Origin: an uncultured Gammaproteobacteria bacterium | GTDB lineage: Bacteria; Patescibacteriota; Microgenomatia; UBA8517 | DNA: 64,000 nucleotides | Assembly: GCA_964635715.1 (NCBI GenBank) | Contig: CAZWNZ010000001.1 | Location: 344,274-408,273, forward strand | Direction: 5' to 3' | In this document: one piece after another, positions 10,218 through 20,385 of the stretch | How positions within the stretch are numbered: position 1 is the first letter of the stretch | Layout of the letters: every line of letters starts with the position of its first letter | Notes under the pieces: generated by a model | Database searches by the model: none | The model's input: the letters and a program-made list of their open reading frames with translations, nothing else | Told to the model about the DNA's origin: nothing | Translations under genes and position numbers: made by a program

Positions 10218-11492
10218 ATGGATTACAAACTTCATAAACTTTCCTCAGGTCTTAAAGTCTTGGTTGTACCTATGCCTTCATTGGAATCGGTTACAATTAC
10301 TATTTGGGTAAAAACAGGTTCACGAAATGAGGATCCGAAAGTTGGAGGCATTAGTCACTTTTTAGAACACATGGTTTTTAAAGGGAGTACTAAGCGTCCA
10401 TCAGCTCAGGATATTTCTGCCGCAGTTGACGCAATCGGGGGAGAATTTAATGCTGCGACGAGTAAAGATTGGACAAACTTCTATATTAAAGCGGGTAAAA
10501 GTAAAGCTGAAATTGCGATTGATGTTTTAAGTGACATGGTTTTAAATCCGCTTCTCAAAGATGAAGAAATTGAAAGAGAAAAAGGCACAATTATTCAAGA
10601 AATTGCCATGTATGAGGACATGCCCATGGCAAAAATAGGGGAAGTTTTCGAAGAAGTTGCATTTAATGGTAATCCTCTGGCTTGGGATACTGCAGGGACA
10701 CCCAAATCGGTTCAGTCTATCAAAAGAAATGATTTTGTAAGTTATCGCAAAATTCATTATTGCCCGGAAAATATGCTTCTAACAATTTCCGGAGGAATAA
10801 CTGAAACAAAAGCTCTAGATTTGGCTAAAAAGTATTTTTCAGAATTCCCATCGACAAAATCCACTTTTAAAGGTTTAACCTTTAAAAGTAATCAGAAAGA
10901 GCCTCAGATATTGGTCAAAAATAAGAAAAGTGAACAAGCCCATTTTGTCCTTGGTTTTATGGGAGATCCAAGAAGTTACAAGGGTCGTTTTGCACAATCT
11001 GTCCTTGCCTCGGTTCTTGGTGGCGGAATGAGTTCTAGAATGTTTACTGAGGTTAGGGAAAGGCGCGGCCTTGCCTATGCAGTGAGGACAAGTATCGAAC
11101 GTTACCAAGATACCGGTTACATCGGCACATATGTAGGAACTGATCCCAAAAAAGCAGAGAAGGCGATGAGTGTTGTACTTGAACAATATCGCGGTATAGC
11201 AAACAAAAAACTTCCCATATCCAAAAAAGAATTGGAAAAAGCCAAAGGATTTATCAAAGGACAGCTTGCTCTTTCTCTAGAGGATACTAGTGCTGTAAAT
11301 TCGTTTTTTGGCGAAAGACAGCTTTTTTTGGGAGAAACAATGACGCCTGAAGAAGTTTTCAGAAAAATTGATGCTGTAACACTTGATGATATCTATTTTG
11401 AGGCCAAAAGACTTTTTGTTGCTAAGAATTTGAATTTGGCTATAATTGGTCCTTTTAAAGACAAAAAAGAGTTTGTAAAATTACTGCAATAG
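10218..11492 (+). CDS. M16 family zinc peptidase
   Basis: HFLEH inverted zinc motif; LGGGMSSRMF..VRERRGLAY. Confidence 0.95.
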   Translation: MDYKLHKLSSGLKVLVVPMPSLESVTITIWVKTGSRNEDPKVGGISHFLEHMVFKGSTKRPSAQDISAAVDAIGGEFNAATSKDWTNFYIKAGKSKAEIAIDVLSDMVLNPLLKDEEIEREKGTIIQEIAMYEDMPMAKIGEVFEEVAFNGNPLAWDTAGTPKSVQSIKRNDFVSYRKIHYCPENMLLTISGGITETKALDLAKKYFSEFPSTKSTFKGLTFKSNQKEPQILVKNKKSEQAHFVLGFMGDPRSYKGRFAQSVLASVLGGGMSSRMFTEVRERRGLAYAVRTSIERYQDTGYIGTYVGTDPKKAEKAMSVVLEQYRGIANKKLPISKKELEKAKGFIKGQLALSLEDTSAVNSFFGERQLFLGETMTPEEVFRKIDAVTLDDIYFEAKRLFVAKNLNLAIIGPFKDKKEFVKLLQ

Positions 11493-11493
11493 T

Positions 11494-12048
11494 ATGGAAA
11501 TAGGACTAATAGACGAAATTTCAGGCAGAATGCTGATAGAGGGTAGAGGCACTCCAATTGAAGGTGGAGTTTTTCGAAGAGCTAACAATCCTGGAATAGT
11601 AGCTGATGGTTCAAAATTGGAACATATAGATTGGTATAAAAAAGATTTGCCTCTTGTTTTGGATACCCAAAAAAATCTTCTTGGAATTGCTGTAGCTATC
11701 GCGAAAGAAAGAATGCCTATCAACGAAACGCTTTATCAAAGATTGCTTAATGATCCTAATAAGGGAGATAGATATTCTTTGAATGCTTTTATTTCTAAAA
11801 AAGATGAAATGGGGCGTGAGATTGGAGGAGGAAGTCCTGATACTCAGGCTTTGTTGATTGCTTTATTAATTGAAAAAAGACTCAAGAAGGATGGAGACTC
11901 CAACAAAAAAGTATTTATTGCAAAAGATCCTGTTGATGGTCACGCGATAGTTCGATATGAGGGGAAAAGTGGTTCATATGCTTTTGATCCCACAAAAGGA
12001 GAACAAAAATTCATTAAACTTGAGGAGACTGGCTCTTCCAATGGATAA
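11494..12048 (+). CDS. Hypothetical protein
   Basis: 184-aa ORF abutting the peptidase gene. Confidence 0.7.
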   Translation: MEIGLIDEISGRMLIEGRGTPIEGGVFRRANNPGIVADGSKLEHIDWYKKDLPLVLDTQKNLLGIAVAIAKERMPINETLYQRLLNDPNKGDRYSLNAFISKKDEMGREIGGGSPDTQALLIALLIEKRLKKDGDSNKKVFIAKDPVDGHAIVRYEGKSGSYAFDPTKGEQKFIKLEETGSSNG

Positions 12049-12104
12049 TAATAATTTGTACAATTAATCAAGCAGGTGGTATATAACATTTGCAAGTAAA
12101 CATT

Positions 12105-12566
12105 ATGGAAAGAACCGTAGTACTTGTTAAACCGGATGGATTACAAAGAGGTCTGGTGGGAGAAATAATCCACCGTTTTGAGAGAAAAGGCCTCAAACTT
12201 ATCGGAATCAAAATGATTCGTCTCACTGATGACGTGCTTGATAATTGGTATGCACACCATAAAGACAAGCCGTTTTTTGCAACACTTAAAAGTTTTATGG
12301 AATGGACGCCGGTTGTAGCTATGGTTTGGGAAGGAGTGGAAGCAATCGCGGCTGTGAGAAAAATTGTCGGTATAACAAAATCTCGTGAAGCTGAGGCAGG
12401 CTCAATTAGGGGTGATTTTGGAATGAGCGGAAGCCAAAATATAATCCATGCTTCAGATTCTCCCGAATCGTCAGAAAAAGAACTTGGTTTGATCTTTAAT
12501 GCAGATGAAATTTTTGAGTACGATAGTGCCACAGATCTTCTGATTTACTCCAAAGAAGAGATCTAA
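12105..12566 (+). CDS. ndk: Nucleoside diphosphate kinase
   Basis: ERTVVLVKPDG, GSIRGDFG, NIIHASDS. Confidence 0.97.
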   Translation: MERTVVLVKPDGLQRGLVGEIIHRFERKGLKLIGIKMIRLTDDVLDNWYAHHKDKPFFATLKSFMEWTPVVAMVWEGVEAIAAVRKIVGITKSREAEAGSIRGDFGMSGSQNIIHASDSPESSEKELGLIFNADEIFEYDSATDLLIYSKEEI

Positions 12567-12576
12567 TAAAATCGGG

Positions 12577-12648
12577 TCGGGGTGCTGGGAATTGAACCCA
12601 GTGTCTTTACGTCCCGAACGTAACGTGATACCGATTCACTACACCCCG
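12577..12648 (-). tRNA. tRNA-Pro(CGG)
   Basis: Acceptor CGGGGTG/CACCCCG, anticodon arm TTACG-TTCGGGA-CGTAA, T arm GGTTCAATTCC; CCA not encoded. Confidence 0.93.
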
Positions 12649-12678
12649 GTGTCAAAACTAACTTCGCTTTTGTACGAG

Positions 12679-12750
12679 TGCCCCTGGAGGGAATTGAACC
12701 TCCATCTTACCCTTAGGACGGGTCTGCTCTATCCGTTGAGCTACAGGGGC
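12679..12750 (-). tRNA. tRNA-Arg(CCT)
   Basis: Acceptor GCCCCTG/CAGGGGC, D arm AGCTCAACGGATAGAGC, anticodon loop GTCCTAA; T loop reads as 8 nt. Confidence 0.88.
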
Positions 12751-12794
12751 GAATTGTTAAATGAGCAACTGAAGCTAACTGACAAGCTTTGCTT

Positions 12795-12883
12795 ATCCGT
12801 TGAGCTACAGGGGCCTTGACCTAAAGCTAAACGGAGAGGGCTTTATCTCATCCGTTGAGCTACAGGGGCCTTGACCTATAAGC
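12795..12883 (-). repeat. Two extra copies of the tRNA-Arg 5' 20 nt
   Basis: ATCCGTTGAGCTACAGGGGC occurs at 12731, 12795 and 12850. Confidence 0.9.
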
Positions 12884-12906
12884 GAAATTATATCATGGAA
12901 GCAGTC

Positions 12907-14109
12907 TTATTTGACTGTCAAAGTATAGAGATTTGCTGATGCTGAAGCGGCTCCAAGATTGGTTAAAACCAAAAGCTTAGTCGTATTTGAGAAGGGAAAT
13001 GCAGAAGGAGCTATGTATGAACCTGAGTAAATCACTTGTCTGTTTGTTCCGTCATAGTCCATTATTGAAATCTCTCCGGCATCGGCTAGAAGCAAATGTA
13101 GACTTGAAGACATCCATCTAAGGGCTGCAGTTTGTGAATTGTCGTTGTTATCAATCGTAACGGGTTTGTCGGTAATCAGAAAATTTCTATCTTCTTTTAT
13201 GTCATAAACATATGTATGGCCTGTCTCCAAGTCTCTTTCTTGGGCCTGAGTTGAAGCTCCCGGTAATTGTTTGATTAAATTATCTGGTAATATCGCTGAT
13301 CCACTGGCAGTATAGAGAATCATATTGTCGTTAGGAGAAAAAACGAAACTGGAAGTTTTCCTGGAAAGAATATTTGCCAACTCTTCAGGCAAATTTTTAA
13401 TAAGACTTTGATTAATACCTTCTTCTTTTGTTTTCCAATCCTCAATTATTTCATCTTCCTGAGAAGCAACATTGGTCATACTGCCTTGAGAATTAAATGA
13501 GCTGGTATCTAATAGAAATATACCTTCTGATACAGTTAATAAAATCTGATCACCATCAGGTGAAAATACATAAGATGCGTCTGTCATGTCACCATCTGCT
13601 ATTCTGGTTGGACTTGTGCTGAAACCCAGGGGAAGGCTGTAGGCATCGAGCGTCCAAAGTCCGATTTTGTCATCGTCAAGATCTTTATCGGGGAGGATAC
13701 TGTAGACAATTTTAGATCCATCCTTTGACATCACAGGGTTGACTGCTCCCATGTAAGTAACGGGAGAAAGGGAAGGAACATTTCTGAAAAGAGAAATTTC
13801 AGCCTGAGTAACAACCTCTTTTTCAATAGTTAATCTTTTATACCAGCTAAAATAGCCATCTTTTTTAACTTCAATATCATAGATCCCGGGAGCAATAGAA
13901 ATATTGGCATCGGTAGCACTTTCAAGTTCGCCATTAATGTATATAGAGGCCCCATCAGGCTCTGATTTCAGGACAAGAATTCCATTAGGTTGGAAATTAA
14001 GAGTTTTGATATCAAATTTATAGCCTTTGGCGTAATAAGCTGCAAAAAGCCCTAAAGTTCCGACTACAATTAATGTAATCGTGAAGAAAATAATCCTAAC
14101 TTTTGTCAT
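12907..14109 (-). CDS. PEGA-domain protein with beta-propeller-like C-terminus
   Basis: N-terminal TM; SEPDGASIYING...PGIYDIEVKKDGY; FSPDG/FSPND repeats. Confidence 0.85.
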   Translation of the reverse strand: MTKVRIIFFTITLIVVGTLGLFAAYYAKGYKFDIKTLNFQPNGILVLKSEPDGASIYINGELESATDANISIAPGIYDIEVKKDGYFSWYKRLTIEKEVVTQAEISLFRNVPSLSPVTYMGAVNPVMSKDGSKIVYSILPDKDLDDDKIGLWTLDAYSLPLGFSTSPTRIADGDMTDASYVFSPDGDQILLTVSEGIFLLDTSSFNSQGSMTNVASQEDEIIEDWKTKEEGINQSLIKNLPEELANILSRKTSSFVFSPNDNMILYTASGSAILPDNLIKQLPGASTQAQERDLETGHTYVYDIKEDRNFLITDKPVTIDNNDNSQTAALRWMSSSLHLLLADAGEISIMDYDGTNRQVIYSGSYIAPSAFPFSNTTKLLVLTNLGAASASANLYTLTVK

Positions 14110-14174
14110 GATGCTATTATATCAAAGAATGGTGATCTGAGTGTATTCAGTTTCTGATATAATCGACCTAATAT

Positions 14175-15182
14175 ATGCTTCGAAAAACTGTTGCTATAGA
14201 TTTGGGGACTGCCAACACACTTGTTTGGGTGGCTGGTGAGGGTTTGGTGGTTAATGAGCCCACGGTTGTGGCTATATCATCGGAAGATAGTAAAGTTGTG
14301 GCAGTCGGGGAGGATGCTAAAAAAATGCTTGGCCGCACTCCTGAAGCTTTGATCGCCAGCAGGCCAATGAGGGATGGTGTAATTGCCGATTATCAGGTTA
14401 CGGAGGCGATGCTTAAATACTTTATAACTAAAGTGGTAGGGCGGTTCCAGTTTTTCAAACCTGATGTTATGGTCTGTGTGCCCGCCGGCTGTACACAAGT
14501 GGAGCGTCGGGCAGCTCTTGATGCTACACTTTCTGCCGGAGCCTCTCATGCATATCTCATAGACGAACCTTTGGCGGCTGCAATCGGTGCTCAAATCCCC
14601 GTATCGGCACCAAGTGGTCACATGATTGTGGATATTGGAGGGGGTTCAACTGAGGCTGCTGTTATTTCTTTAGGAGGAGTTGTTACACATAAATCAGCAA
14701 GAGTGGCCGGCAATAAGATTGATGAGGCGATTCAAAGTTATCTAAAAAAGAAGCATAACTTGATAGTTGGTGATCAGACAGCTGAGGAGATTAAGCTCAA
14801 AATAGGTTCAGCCATACCTACTCCCAAGCCTGAAAAACTTGAAATTTCCGGCCGTGATCTTGTTTTTGGTCTTCCAAGAACAGTAATTTTAACTTCCACT
14901 GAAGTCACTGAGGCCATAAAACCTGTTCTAATACAAATTATCGGAGCAGTAAAAGGGGTTTTAGAGGATACACCCCCTGAATTGGCAGCTGATATTATAG
15001 ATAAGGGGATCATTATGAGTGGTGGAACTTCACTTCTTCGCGGTTTTGATAAATTAATGACTGAGGAGACAGGAGTTCCTTCTCATGTAGCAGACGAACC
15101 ACTTTTGTGTGTTGTTAGGGGAACAGGACTTGTTTTGGAAAATATAGAACTTTGGAAAAGAAGTGTAACGACAAAAGGGTAA
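14175..15182 (+). CDS. mreB: Rod shape-determining protein MreB (paralogue 1)
   Basis: AIDLGTANT, EPLAAAIG, VDIGGGSTE, TPPELAADI. Confidence 0.97.
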   Translation: MLRKTVAIDLGTANTLVWVAGEGLVVNEPTVVAISSEDSKVVAVGEDAKKMLGRTPEALIASRPMRDGVIADYQVTEAMLKYFITKVVGRFQFFKPDVMVCVPAGCTQVERRAALDATLSAGASHAYLIDEPLAAAIGAQIPVSAPSGHMIVDIGGGSTEAAVISLGGVVTHKSARVAGNKIDEAIQSYLKKKHNLIVGDQTAEEIKLKIGSAIPTPKPEKLEISGRDLVFGLPRTVILTSTEVTEAIKPVLIQIIGAVKGVLEDTPPELAADIIDKGIIMSGGTSLLRGFDKLMTEETGVPSHVADEPLLCVVRGTGLVLENIELWKRSVTTKG

Positions 15183-15592
15183 AAAGTAAGTAGTAAGTAG
15201 ATAAGAAAGAAAAATATAGGATAAGATGGAAAGTAAGGAGTAAAGAATGTTATAAGTTAAGTCAATTAGAAATAATACAATTGGTAATTTATTGAAAATT
15301 GACAATTGAAAACTGATAATTTTTATACTTATAATAATTAATCATTTTAAGTATATATTTTGTTTATTGATTGAGGATACATTTTAAAATTGAATAGGAG
15401 AAATTGAGTATAAAATATCAACAAATTCAACAATTTTGGATTCTGAGAAATTGGAAGTTATATCCTAATAAAATGATTGAAAATTGCAAGTTGTTACTCG
15501 TAAATCCTTTCAAACTATAAGTTTGAAAGTCATGCGGAGAAAATGAGGCTAATATAATCAAGACGCAGAATTATAAGATGTGAGGGTATAAA

Positions 15593-16378
15593 GTGAAGAC
15601 GAAAAATATCAAAATAATGCAAGAAACACCCCTAAAATACGACAAAATCATGGAAATTAAGATTACTAGCAATTCCAAGAAGGAAGTGCTAACAGCTGTG
15701 GAAGATTTTATATCCCATAATTTAAAGTTTTCCATTGTTACACCCAACCCTGAGCTCATTTTGAGGTCTCAAACTGACAAAAAACTCAAAAAAGTCCTTA
15801 ACTCTGCCAGTCTTTCCGTCCCGGACGGTTTTGGATTAAAATTTGCGATTCCTTCTCTGGGAATCATTAAGGGTAGAGAATTATTTATAGACCTAGTCGA
15901 ATTGTCAGTCAAAAGAAATTGGAAAGTTTTTCTATTGGGAGGAATAGATGATGAGGCGGCGGTGTCTACCAAAAAACTTCAAAAGCAATATTCCAAACTT
16001 CAAATAAAGTATTTCAAAGGTCCGATGTTTGATAAAGACGCAAAACCAATGACAAAAAATGATGAAAAATTGGAAAAAGAAGCGATTGATGAAATTAACA
16101 GTTTTAAGCCTCAGCTTTTATTTGTTGCCTTCGGCAACCCTAAACAGGAAATCTGGATTAATGAACACCTCTCAGAGCTAAATATTGGTGGCGCAATGGC
16201 TGTGGGAGGTACCTTACGTTACATTGCGGGACTTTCCAAACTCCCGCCCGACTGGATGTCCAGTCTTGGTCTGGAATGGCTCTGGAGGGTTATTACCGAA
16301 CCTGTGAGGATAGGCAGGATCTTGAGAGCCGTCATTATTTTCCCCCTGAGGTGCTTTATTTTCAAAATAAAAAATTGA
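15593..16378 (+). CDS. WecB/TagA/CpsF family glycosyltransferase
   Basis: IVTPNPE, VPDG, FGNPKQEIW, VGG, GLEWLWR. Confidence 0.93.
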   Translation: MKTKNIKIMQETPLKYDKIMEIKITSNSKKEVLTAVEDFISHNLKFSIVTPNPELILRSQTDKKLKKVLNSASLSVPDGFGLKFAIPSLGIIKGRELFIDLVELSVKRNWKVFLLGGIDDEAAVSTKKLQKQYSKLQIKYFKGPMFDKDAKPMTKNDEKLEKEAIDEINSFKPQLLFVAFGNPKQEIWINEHLSELNIGGAMAVGGTLRYIAGLSKLPPDWMSSLGLEWLWRVITEPVRIGRILRAVIIFPLRCFIFKIKN

Positions 16379-16379
16379 G

Positions 16380-16940
16380 TTATTTTGTTGAGGACCAGAT
16401 TTTGGAGAATTCATGCTTGGCACGGTATATTTTGCCTTCAACTGCACGCTCGCTGATACCTAAAATATTGCCAATTTCCTCATATGACATGTCATACCAG
16501 TATCTAAAATGCAAAAGCTTACGTTTTTCGGGGGACATACTATCTAGGCATTTGTTCACAGATTTTCTAAGGTCGGTAAGAGCCATCGCCTCATCAGGGG
16601 AAAGAGTCTTAGTATCTGCTTCAGTTAAAGCCTCGATGATTGGAACCACAATTCTTGATTTTTTGTTGATTTGATCGCGATAGTAATCAGAGATTTTATT
16701 CAAGGAAATTCTGCAAAGCCAGGTAAAATAGCTGCTTTTTTGTTCAAACGAATTCCACCCCTTCCAAGCGGCAATGAAAGTTTCTTCAACAAGTTCTTCA
16801 GCTTCGGCTTCGCCTACGCCCATTCTTTTAATGACAAATTTAGTTAATGGCAAAAGAAGTTCTTTATATATGGCCACAAACGATTTTGGGGCAGGCCTTT
16901 GCCTGCTTTGAGCCAATTTAGAGTATGGGTTTTTATCCAT
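16380..16940 (-). CDS. ECF-type RNA polymerase sigma factor
   Basis: AEELVEETFIAAW, SSYFTWLCRISLN, MSYEEIGNILGISERAVEGKIYRAK. Confidence 0.92.
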   Translation of the reverse strand: MDKNPYSKLAQSRQRPAPKSFVAIYKELLLPLTKFVIKRMGVGEAEAEELVEETFIAAWKGWNSFEQKSSYFTWLCRISLNKISDYYRDQINKKSRIVVPIIEALTEADTKTLSPDEAMALTDLRKSVNKCLDSMSPEKRKLLHFRYWYDMSYEEIGNILGISERAVEGKIYRAKHEFSKIWSSTK

Positions 16941-16961
16941 TTGCAAGACTAATTATATATC

Positions 16962-17222
16962 ATGAGTGCAGAAACGGTACTATATAGACATATTGTTTGT
17001 CAGAAAATTACCGGAGTTGAAAAGACTCCTGAAGTTCAGAAAACCTCTCTATTTAATTATCCTGAATGTAACGGGCATCCGCCAAGTTCTCCTTATAATT
17101 GGGTGCCGGCAGACTTTTTGGGATATCAAATTGCAAGGCTCCTTCACATAACAGATGAAGACCTAGAGAAAAAACATGAAATTTCTTTACAACATGGTGT
17201 AGAATGCAAAGCTAAGAGGTGA
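16962..17222 (+). CDS. Hypothetical protein
   Basis: 86-aa ORF divergent from the sigma factor. Confidence 0.55.
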   Translation: MSAETVLYRHIVCQKITGVEKTPEVQKTSLFNYPECNGHPPSSPYNWVPADFLGYQIARLLHITDEDLEKKHEISLQHGVECKAKR

Positions 17223-17228
17223 ATATAT

Positions 17229-17417
17229 ATGAGTGATAATTCAAATTTGATAAATGTGGGGAATCCAGAAAACCCCGTCTTGATTTCTCGAGATTCTTTA
17301 CATCCAGACACCCCTCAGGGTAATGAAGAGTGGGAAATGATTGCAGATGGGTCTATAGATATCCCGGAACCAGCCTTAGATAATTTGATAGAAAAGGTTA
17401 AGGATGAAAATAAATGA
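17229..17417 (+). CDS. Small acidic hypothetical protein
   Basis: 62 aa, preceded by GAGGTG, overlapping the mvk start. Confidence 0.5.
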   Translation: MSDNSNLINVGNPENPVLISRDSLHPDTPQGNEEWEMIADGSIDIPEPALDNLIEKVKDENK

Positions 17418-18228
17418 TGTTCCTGCAAATAGAGTTTCGGCTCCCGCAAAGCTAATTTTATCGGGTGAACATGCCGTAGTGTATGGTTATCCAGCCATAG
17501 CTACAGCCGTGAATCTCCGTTTATGCATCAATTCTCATGGTGAGATAGTTTCTAACATTCCGATTGGTGCCGGAATGGGATCTTCGGCCGCTTTTGCGGT
17601 TGCAAAATCAGCACTCAAGATTGGCAAACTTGATCTGGAAAATATCAACAAATCCGCTTATGAAATGGAAAAAATTCAGCACAGGAATCCTAGCGGGGTG
17701 GATAACACTGTTTCAACCTACGGAGGGTTTTTGTGGTACAGGAAAGAGTCTGAAAACTTCAAGACGTTCAAAAATTTTATTCCGGACAAAACAGTACCGG
17801 AAATGTTTTTAATAAATACAGGTAAACCTTTGGAGACTACAGGTCAGATGGTTAAATTAGTGGCTGATGCACAGATTTCTAGAAAATCATATTTTGATAG
17901 GGTATTTCGGGAAATTGAAATGGTTACAAAAGAAATGCTGGGAGTTTTGGTAGGTGACAAAAATTCGGATTTTGGAGAGTTAATTTCCTCAAATGAGAGG
18001 CTTTTGGAAAAAATCGGTGTAGTGTCGCACTCTACCAGGAAATTGATAATTGAAATAGAAAAAATCGGCGGAGCAGCAAAAATTAGCGGAGCAGGCGGCA
18101 AATCCGGAGCAAGCGGAATATTAATTGTTTATCACAAAGATTCAGAAAAATTGAAAAAATTTGCAAAAACGAATAATCTGGCGCTTAGCTCGATAAAATT
18201 AGGAGAGAAAGGAGTGCGTTTTGAATAA
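17404..18228 (+). CDS. mvk: Mevalonate kinase
   Basis: APAKLILSGEHAVVYG, PIGAGMGSSAA, NPSGVD, AKISGAGG (GHMP kinase motifs). Confidence 0.92.
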   Translation: MKINDVPANRVSAPAKLILSGEHAVVYGYPAIATAVNLRLCINSHGEIVSNIPIGAGMGSSAAFAVAKSALKIGKLDLENINKSAYEMEKIQHRNPSGVDNTVSTYGGFLWYRKESENFKTFKNFIPDKTVPEMFLINTGKPLETTGQMVKLVADAQISRKSYFDRVFREIEMVTKEMLGVLVGDKNSDFGELISSNERLLEKIGVVSHSTRKLIIEIEKIGGAAKISGAGGKSGASGILIVYHKDSEKLKKFAKTNNLALSSIKLGEKGVRFE

Positions 18229-19192
18229 AGTTACGGCAGTTTCACCGGCAAATATTGCATTTATAAAGTATTGGGGAAAGCGAAATTCTAAGCTGAACAT
18301 TCCCTATAACGATTCCATTTCCATGAATTTGGATAGTTGCTTCACTAAAACGACAACTGAGTTTGATTCCAAACTAAATGAGGATAAGGTGTTTATCAGC
18401 GGGGAAAAAGTAATTGGAGAAAAAAAGGACAGGGTGGTCGGGATTCTTAATTTAATAAGAAAAATGGCAGGAATAAAAACTTTTGCCAGGGTGGAATCAG
18501 AAAATAATTTTCCAACTGGAGCAGGAATTGCATCTTCAGCCTCAGGATTTTCTGCACTTGCCCTTTCGGGGAGTAAAGCTGCAGGTTTAAAGCTAAGCCA
18601 AAAAGATCTCTCCAGATTGGCCAGAATGGGATCCGGCTCGGCTTGCCGCAGTATTTCTGCGGGTTTTTCCTACTGGAAGAAAGGTTCAAATGATAAAACT
18701 TCGTACGCTTTTCAGATTGCACCGCCCGATTTTTGGGATTTAAGAGATATTATTGCCGTGACTTCATCCAGCAGTAAAAAAACAAGTTCCACGGAAGGAC
18801 ATGGGCTTGCAACAACAAGTCCCTACTTTGAAAAAAGGATTCAGAGAATTGGAAAAAGAACCTCCGGACTTAAAAAAGCGTTGTTAAACAAAGATTTTGA
18901 AAAATTTGGCGAGCTTTTGGAGGAAGAAGCAATTGATCTCCATATAATGGCAATGACTTCGCATCCGCCCATATTTTACTGGAATAGCGGAACATTGAGC
19001 GTAATGCAAAAGATTTTTGAACTAAGGGAAAAGGGAACAGCTTGTTACTTTACGATGGATGCAGGACCAAATGTTCATATAATATGTCGAAAAAAGGATG
19101 AATCTGTTGTCCATAATGCCGTCAAAAAGCTGCCGCTTGTTCAAAAAATAATAATCAATAAAGCGGGAAAAGGAGCTAGAATAATAAAATGA
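18221..19192 (+). CDS. mvaD: Mevalonate (di)phosphate decarboxylase
   Basis: NIAFIKYWGK, AGIASSASG, GSGSACRS, TMDAGPNVH. Confidence 0.93.
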   Translation: MNKVTAVSPANIAFIKYWGKRNSKLNIPYNDSISMNLDSCFTKTTTEFDSKLNEDKVFISGEKVIGEKKDRVVGILNLIRKMAGIKTFARVESENNFPTGAGIASSASGFSALALSGSKAAGLKLSQKDLSRLARMGSGSACRSISAGFSYWKKGSNDKTSYAFQIAPPDFWDLRDIIAVTSSSSKKTSSTEGHGLATTSPYFEKRIQRIGKRTSGLKKALLNKDFEKFGELLEEEAIDLHIMAMTSHPPIFYWNSGTLSVMQKIFELREKGTACYFTMDAGPNVHIICRKKDESVVHNAVKKLPLVQKIIINKAGKGARIIK

Positions 19193-19980
19193 AGGAATTA
19201 ATATTAATTAAACTTGGTGGAAGCGTCATTACAGATAAAAGCAAGGAATATTTTGTCAGGGAGGAGAATATAACACGTCTTGTAAAGGAACTGAAATCTG
19301 CACTTAAATCTACAAACTTAAAAATTATCGTAGGGCATGGAGCAGGGAGCTTCGCCCATATCCCAGCGAAAAGATATAAAACCAAAGAGGGATTAATAAA
19401 TAAAAATAGTTTGTTTGGAGCAGCAGTAACTGAAGAAGCAGCTAAAATATTGAATGCAATTGTTGTCAAAAAATTTATTAACGAAAAAATGCCAGCTTAT
19501 TCATTTTCTCCAGGAACTTTTCTAATTTCCGATGCAAAAGTATATAGTAAATCATATATTGATCCGGTCAAAAAGGCACTTGAAATTGGATTTGTGCCTA
19601 TTGTCTATGGTGATGTTGTTTTAGATAGAAAGATTGGTTTTACCATATTTTCAACAGAAAAAGTTTTGGCAGTTTTTGCAAGGGAACTTAGTAAAGAATA
19701 CAAAATAAGAATGATTTATGTGACGGATGTTGATGGGGTTTTAGACAAGTCTAATAAAGTAATTCCGACAATTACAAGAAAAAACTTTGAAAGCTTGAAA
19801 CCTACTATTACCGGCGCAAAAGGTGTGGATATTACAGGCGGGATGCTTCACAAAGTTGAGGAGGCTTTGTTTTTGGCTGAAAAGTATAAAATTAAAACGC
19901 AGATTATTAATGGCTTAAAGTCAAAAGTTCTAATGAAGACAATATTGGGAAGTAAAGTTAACGGAACGGTAATCTTTTAG
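19189..19980 (+). CDS. ipk: Isopentenyl phosphate kinase
   Basis: IKLGGSVITDK, GHGAGSFAH, YGDVV, TDVDGV, DITGGMLHKV. Confidence 0.9.
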   Translation: MKELILIKLGGSVITDKSKEYFVREENITRLVKELKSALKSTNLKIIVGHGAGSFAHIPAKRYKTKEGLINKNSLFGAAVTEEAAKILNAIVVKKFINEKMPAYSFSPGTFLISDAKVYSKSYIDPVKKALEIGFVPIVYGDVVLDRKIGFTIFSTEKVLAVFARELSKEYKIRMIYVTDVDGVLDKSNKVIPTITRKNFESLKPTITGAKGVDITGGMLHKVEEALFLAEKYKIKTQIINGLKSKVLMKTILGSKVNGTVIF

Positions 19981-20327
19981 AAACAATCCGTATCCACAGT
20001 CATTATTTTTAGCCATAATTCCTCTGTTTTTGTAATTGCCATACCGGTTCTGGCTTTAATTCTAAGAGTCTCCTTCGCTTGTTCAATTTCTTCAGGCACG
20101 GGTTTTCCCCAGACAAACTCCCAAGCTATACCGTAAAGGGCAATATCTTCGCCCTGTTTTGGTAACGGATGACCTTCAATAAATTTCTCTATAGTCAAAC
20201 AATTCTGTGAATTGTACCCTACACCTTCAGGAATCGTGATGGGAGTACCCCAAAAATCGTGCTTATTCTGAATACTTTTGATCTCTGAACCAATTAAAGA
20301 TTCTAAAACTATCTCTTTTGGTTGCAT
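19977..20327 (-). CDS. Hypothetical protein inserted in the mevalonate cluster
   Basis: ATG at 20327 is preceded by TGATATAAT; the longer ORF call would overlap idi. Confidence 0.55.
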   Translation of the reverse strand: MQPKEIVLESLIGSEIKSIQNKHDFWGTPITIPEGVGYNSQNCLTIEKFIEGHPLPKQGEDIALYGIAWEFVWGKPVPEEIEQAKETLRIKARTGMAITKTEELWLKIMTVDTDCF

Positions 20328-20385
20328 GGGTGATATTATATCAAAGATTAGTACAAAAAATGATACACTTTTAGCTATTCGGTAA

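Noticed and set aside
12731-12883. CRISPR array
   Set aside because: The repeat is the 5' end of tRNA-Arg, only 20 nt in three copies with unequal spacers, and no cas genes are in the window
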